Positions 60,529 through 64,000 of a stretch of 64,000 nt of DNA are shown here, piece by piece. Within the stretch, counting starts at the first letter, position 1. Every line of letters begins with the position of its first letter. The stretch covers positions 64,409 through 128,408 of the forward strand of contig CAYQKL010000001.1 in the NCBI GenBank assembly GCA_964418185.1. The letters run 5' to 3'. The stretch is from an uncultured bacterium (GTDB lineage: Bacteria > Hydrothermota > Tepidihabitantia > SM23-42 > JAOAFX01). A program made the translations under genes and the position numbers. Under the pieces are notes generated by a model. It saw only the letters and a program-made list of their open reading frames with translations, was not told where the DNA came from and made no database searches.

Positions 60529-60701
60529 ACGGAATAGCAAAACTTGAAGAAAAAATTGATCGCATTGTAAACTTGATAAATGAACTTAGGCAGAAAATCA
60601 GTGAACTTGAAGAAGAAAACAGACAACTAAAAGAAAAAGAAGAAGAAGTAAGAAAACGAGTTGACGGTTTGATTGAAAAGATTGATACAATGACCTTATG
60701 A
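60525..60701 (+). CDS. small coiled-coil protein, ZapB-like (58 aa), TTG start, not in the supplied ORF track
   Basis: RBS AAGGAGA 4 nt upstream of TTG, which overlaps the pheT stop. Continuous 58-codon heptad-rich ORF (NGIAKLEEKIDRIVNLINELRQKISELEEENRQLKEKEEEVRKRVDGLIEKIDTMTL) directly upstream of zapA. Confidence 0.5.
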   Translation: MNGIAKLEEKIDRIVNLINELRQKISELEEENRQLKEKEEEVRKRVDGLIEKIDTMTL

Positions 60702-60723
60702 TTGAATCTTTTGTTGATTTATT

Positions 60724-61044
60724 TTGGATGAGCAATCAGGAGCAATCTTGAAGAAAAGCCAAGGCAATGAAGTTGTAGTTAATATCTTCGGAAATGATTA
60801 TCGGATTATTTCCGAAGATATGGATGAGGAACGAATTAAGAAAATCGCTGAAATTGTGGATAAAAAGATGCGGGATATTCATCGTGAATTTCCCCTGCCA
60901 TCAACCACCAAGATTGCCGTGCTCGCCTGTTTGAATCTGGTTGATGAGTACCTGCAAAAGGAAGAGCATCTTAATAGAAAGAATTCAGAATTGGAGCAAA
61001 GGATTAATTCTTTGATCCTGAAGATTGATGAAGTGATTACTTAA
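60724..61044 (+). CDS. zapA: cell division protein ZapA
   Basis: VVVNIFGNDYRI...LACLNLVDEY ZapA family pattern. An alternative TTG start at 60748 has a better RBS (CAGGAG). Confidence 0.7.
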   Translation: MDEQSGAILKKSQGNEVVVNIFGNDYRIISEDMDEERIKKIAEIVDKKMRDIHREFPLPSTTKIAVLACLNLVDEYLQKEEHLNRKNSELEQRINSLILKIDEVIT

Positions 61045-61048
61045 TTCG

Positions 61049-61132
61049 TTCCCTGCGATGCTCGTGATGGGTATTAAGTCTTGAGCCAACACCCATCGTT
61101 AGGGAGCCAAGTTCGACTCCAGGTTTTCCTGG
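61049..61132 (+). promoter_or_regulatory. structured element in the rny 5' region: competing helices (CGATG or GATGGGT vs ACCCATCG) plus CCAGGttttCCTGG hairpin
   Basis: Direct inspection of inverted repeats. Two mutually exclusive left arms share one right arm. Confidence 0.3.
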
Positions 61133-61253
61133 AATTGACAGGCGCCCACTTTAACCCTGGGTTCAAAGACTTTTTCCCACACGGCATATGCGGGGAACTT
61201 TTAAAAATTTTCCCGGTGCTGTATTTTGGCAGCCCCGGAATTGGGAGGTTGAT

Positions 61254-62807
61254 ATGACAGTGCTAATAATCGCCATAATCATTTTGGCTTTAGAAGCAAT
61301 CATCGTAGTTTATTTTTATCTGAAACAAAACCGAGCAAAGATTGTAAGTGCCCAGGATGAAGCAAGAAAGATTATTGAAGATGCAAAAAAAGAGGCAGAA
61401 AATTATCGCAAGTCTGCTGAGATTGCTGCTAAGGAACATTGGTATCAGGAAAAACTAAATTTCGAAAAAGAGACCCTGAATCGGCGTCGGGAGATTGAAA
61501 AAGCCGAAAGAAGGCTCTTAGAAAAAGAAAATGGATTTGAAAGGCGCGAGAGATTAATCATTGATAAAGAGAAAGAACTTATCAACAAAGAACACAACCT
61601 GCAAAACCGAGAAAAGATAATCCAGGTGAAATCTGAGAGACTTGATCAGTTGATCAAAGAAGAAACTGAGGCATTACAAAAAATAGCCAATCTTTCAAGG
61701 GATGAAGCCAAGGCTGCCCTGATGAAGAACTTAGAGGCTGAGGTAAGGCATGAGGCATCTGGGCTTCTGAACCGCATAAAAGAAGAAGCAAGACAAAAGG
61801 CTGAAGAGACTGCCCGGGAGATTGTTCTTCAGGCAATTCAGCGCTGTGCTACAAGCCACACAGCTGAAACAACAATATCAGTTGTATCAATTCCATCAGA
61901 AGAAATGAAAGGAAGGATCATTGGTCGGGAAGGTCGGAATATCCGGGCATTTGAAAATCTAACTGGTGTTGAGGTTATCATAGATGATACACCTGAGACT
62001 ATTTCTCTATCCTGTTTTGACCCTGTAAGAAGGGAGATTGCCCGACTTGCAATGGCAAAATTGATTTCTGATGGAAGAATCCACCCTGCCCGCATTGAAG
62101 AAGTAGTAAAGAGTGCACAAAAGGAGATTGATACCACAATAAAAAGCACAGGTGAAGAAATCTGTCTGGAATTGGGGATCATCGGCCTGGCACCAGAACT
62201 TGTAAAACATCTGGGCAAGATGCATTTTCGCACCAGTTATGGTCAAAATCTATTACAGCATTCAAAAGAGGTTGCCTATCTATCTGCACTCATAGCCCAG
62301 GAATTGGGTTTGGATCCAATTATTGCCAAACGGGCAGGATTATTGCACGACCTGGGTAAGGTTGCAGATGTCACTATGGAAGGGTCACATGCCCAGATTG
62401 GCGCTGAACTTGCAGCAAAATTCAGTGAAAGTGATACAGTTGTGAATGCAATTGCTGCCCACCATGAGGAGATTGTAGCAAATACTCCGTACGCCTTCAT
62501 TGTGGAGATTGCCGATTCTATTTCAGGAGCAAGACCAGGTGCAAGAAGAGAAACTATTGAGGCATATATCAAAAGACTTAAAGCCCTTGAAGAAGTTGTC
62601 TCCTCATTCAATGGTGTAGAAAGGGTATATGCTATTCAAGCTGGTCGTGAAGTCAGGGTAATGGTCAATCCTGGTGCGGTTTCAGACAACGAAGTAATAA
62701 CTATGGCAAATGATATGGCACGCAGAATTGAAAAAGAGATTCAATATCCGGGCCAGATAAAAGTTACTGTGGTGCGTGAGACCAGGGCAATTGAAATAGC
62801 AAAATAA
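61254..62807 (+). CDS. rny: ribonuclease Y
   Basis: N-terminal TM helix, coiled coil, KH domain (GRIIGREGRNIRAFE) and HD domain (LLHDLGK). The start is placed at ATG 61254 with GGGAGG RBS; the ORF extends further upstream. Confidence 0.85.
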   Translation: MTVLIIAIIILALEAIIVVYFYLKQNRAKIVSAQDEARKIIEDAKKEAENYRKSAEIAAKEHWYQEKLNFEKETLNRRREIEKAERRLLEKENGFERRERLIIDKEKELINKEHNLQNREKIIQVKSERLDQLIKEETEALQKIANLSRDEAKAALMKNLEAEVRHEASGLLNRIKEEARQKAEETAREIVLQAIQRCATSHTAETTISVVSIPSEEMKGRIIGREGRNIRAFENLTGVEVIIDDTPETISLSCFDPVRREIARLAMAKLISDGRIHPARIEEVVKSAQKEIDTTIKSTGEEICLELGIIGLAPELVKHLGKMHFRTSYGQNLLQHSKEVAYLSALIAQELGLDPIIAKRAGLLHDLGKVADVTMEGSHAQIGAELAAKFSESDTVVNAIAAHHEEIVANTPYAFIVEIADSISGARPGARRETIEAYIKRLKALEEVVSSFNGVERVYAIQAGREVRVMVNPGAVSDNEVITMANDMARRIEKEIQYPGQIKVTVVRETRAIEIAK

Positions 62808-62914
62808 AACATTCAATACATTGATATCGTAGTAGCCAGTGGCTTACCAAACAAGGTTGGAGCAGGGAACCTGATTGCCATCAGGGCACACATTAGTCCT
62901 GTGATTTTCTCTTT

Positions 62915-62968
62915 CTGGAATAGAGACTTTAGTCCCGTGAAAATTTGAGACTGAAGTCTCTATTCCAG
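62915..62968 (+). terminator. 20-bp near-perfect hairpin (CTGGAATAGAGACTTTAGTC / GACTGAAGTCTCTATTCCAG, 14-nt loop) ~110 nt downstream of rny; possible terminator or processing site
   Basis: Direct inspection; one mismatch in 20 bp; followed by AU-rich sequence but no clean U-tract. Confidence 0.35.
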
Positions 62969-62986
62969 AGGATTATAATTTAAATT

Positions 62987-63070
62987 GTAGTGGCAGGCCG
63001 CCACACCTCTTGGCGGCTCGCTCGGCAATATTCAATTATGTCAAGCAAGTTTGACTACTACAATACACAC
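62987..63070 (+). repeat. repeat unit copy 1 (~80 bp) with two hairpins (GCCGCCA-N7-TGGCGGC and GTCAA-N6-TTGAC)
   Basis: Direct repeat of the unit at 63175-63250 (~85% identity), 188-bp periodicity. Confidence 0.5.
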
Positions 63071-63174
63071 AATCCCCCTTACTCCCCCTTTCCCAAAGGG
63101 GGAAACAGAGGGATTTAATCAAATCATTCCATTCTTTATTCTATTTCGTGCATCCTGTATGATTCATCAAGGAT

Positions 63175-63250
63175 GTAGTAACCGGCCGCCACACCTCTTG
63201 GCGGATTACTCGGCACAAAAAAGTCAAGCAAGCTTGACCACTACAAAAAC
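63175..63250 (+). repeat. repeat unit copy 2 with the same two hairpins (GCCGCCA...TGGCGG; GTCAAGC-aa-GCTTGAC)
   Basis: Aligned by eye to copy 1. Confidence 0.5.
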
Positions 63251-63264
63251 ATTTGCAGGATCGT

Positions 63265-63313
63265 CCGCCATACTACCTGGCGGGCTCGCAGGAGACGCAG
63301 GAATCGCAGGAAA
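63265..63313 (+). repeat. degenerate third copy of the CCGCCA-N7-TGGCGG hairpin followed by a 9-bp tandem repeat x3 (CGCAGGAGA / CGCAGGAAT / CGCAGGAAA)
   Basis: Direct inspection. Confidence 0.4.
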
Positions 63314-64000
63314 CGTTCAAACAAACCCTTCCCTTGTAATTCTGGGTCCCGACTTTAGGCGAGGACGAAGAATTTCAGATATTCTAAAATACAGGAGATT
63401 CTTCACTCCGCTATCGCTCCGTTCAAAATGACAAGAGACGATGAGTTCATCGTCAGGGTGACATTAAAATGTCATTTGGTCATTGTGACTTAGAATTTGT
63501 TTGGGATTTGGTGCTTAGGATTTAGAATTTAATTCTGATACGGACGTCGTAATCGTATGACGATGGATGTTATGTCCTTAATTGGGGTCTGTATATAATC
63601 AGGGTGAAAAAGGTATGATGGCCCCAAAGGCGTAAACCTTTTTACCTGTTTATTAAATTTCAAAAATGCTGGCAGGATGGAGCCATTATACCTTTTTTGC
63701 TTTTAATAATGGAGATGATTGATGAAGAGAGCTTATATGATAAAAATGATGATACCCAAACCCTTGACTTTTGAAAATATTTTATTAAAATTATTATATA
63801 TGAGTGATTATGTCTTATCTTATCTTCTAACTCAGAAGATATTCATCGGCATTTTATCTGTGCTGATTTTAACAAAGATGCCTTTGGCTATTTCTATGTG
63901 AGATTTATAAGGTTTGTCTGAGGTTGCTCCGTCTGACATCGGAGCCCAAAGATAATGTCAGAGTTGTAGCGTCCATCTTTAGATGGACGAAAATGTGGCG

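Noticed and set aside
61100-61132. tRNA-like T-loop motif (GTTCGACTCC) in the zapA-rny spacer
   Set aside because: The flanking sequence does not form a T-stem (only 3 of 5 pairs) and there is no acceptor stem or cloverleaf. The motif is explained by the CCAGGttttCCTGG hairpin instead.
62987-63313. CRISPR array
   Set aside because: The repeat units are ~80 bp, only ~85% identical, unevenly spaced (~188 bp), and no cas genes are present. This is inconsistent with CRISPR.
63051-63431. 126-aa ORF on the plus strand spanning the repeat region
   Set aside because: It runs straight through the paralogous hairpin repeats and the 9-bp tandem repeat and its composition is low-complexity (P/T/G-rich). 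No RBS or promoter context. Most likely a spurious ORF created by the repeats.
63719-63901. 60-aa hydrophobic ORF (MMKRAYMIKMMIPKPL...)
   Set aside because: No RBS, AT-rich and low-complexity, no recognisable family. Could be a small membrane peptide but the evidence is insufficient.

Overview
Low-GC (~40%) bacterial chromosomal window, tightly packed with genes, no rRNA, tRNA, CRISPR array or recognisable mobile element. Two proteins end in T9SS-type C-terminal sorting domains and TamB/TamA-like outer-membrane genes are present, so the organism is most likely a diderm of the FCB superphylum outside classical Bacteroidetes (inference). The left third (141-20371, minus strand) is a single gap-free 22-gene supraoperon. 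It merges histidine biosynthesis (hisG-C-B-H-F, a hisA-hisI fusion) with the complete shikimate, tryptophan, phenylalanine and tyrosine pathways. These include trpD, trpC, a chorismate-mutase/tyrA fusion, trpF, aroE, aroC, an aroK-aroB fusion, aroQ, trpB, trpA, two tandem DAHP synthases, pheA, aroA, trpE and trpG. It is preceded by a sigma70-like promoter and a ~300-nt structured leader. The rest encodes tamB and a tamA-like gene interrupted by one in-frame amber codon. It also encodes hypF and hypC without hypD or hypE, and two T9SS cargo proteins (LVIVD-repeat, BNR/Asp-box). There is polA followed by an operon containing a NUDIX-PanD fusion, a DUF1858 protein, a radical-SAM enzyme and a conserved hypothetical. 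A glycolipid/envelope block (polysaccharide deacetylase, MFS, GT4, dut, LpxL-like acyltransferase, aminotransferase) follows. Then come a PAS-GGDEF cyclase, a galE-like epimerase, DUF58/BatA-like genes, a YbbR-like protein, argF, and the conserved thrS-infC-rpmI-rplT-pheS-pheT-(zapB-like)-zapA-rny block. The most notable non-textbook signals are near-perfect TTGAC(A/T)-N16-TATAAT promoters placed 5-7 nt from start codons, implying leaderless mRNAs for tamB, hypF, polA, galE and thrS; the NUDIX-PanD and HisA-HisI fusions; an unannotated ZapB-like coiled-coil ORF; and a ~1.2-kb non-coding tail (62808-64000) full of paralogous hairpin-bearing repeat units. I found no obvious defence or mobile system; the novelty lies in fusions, regulation and non-coding structure.
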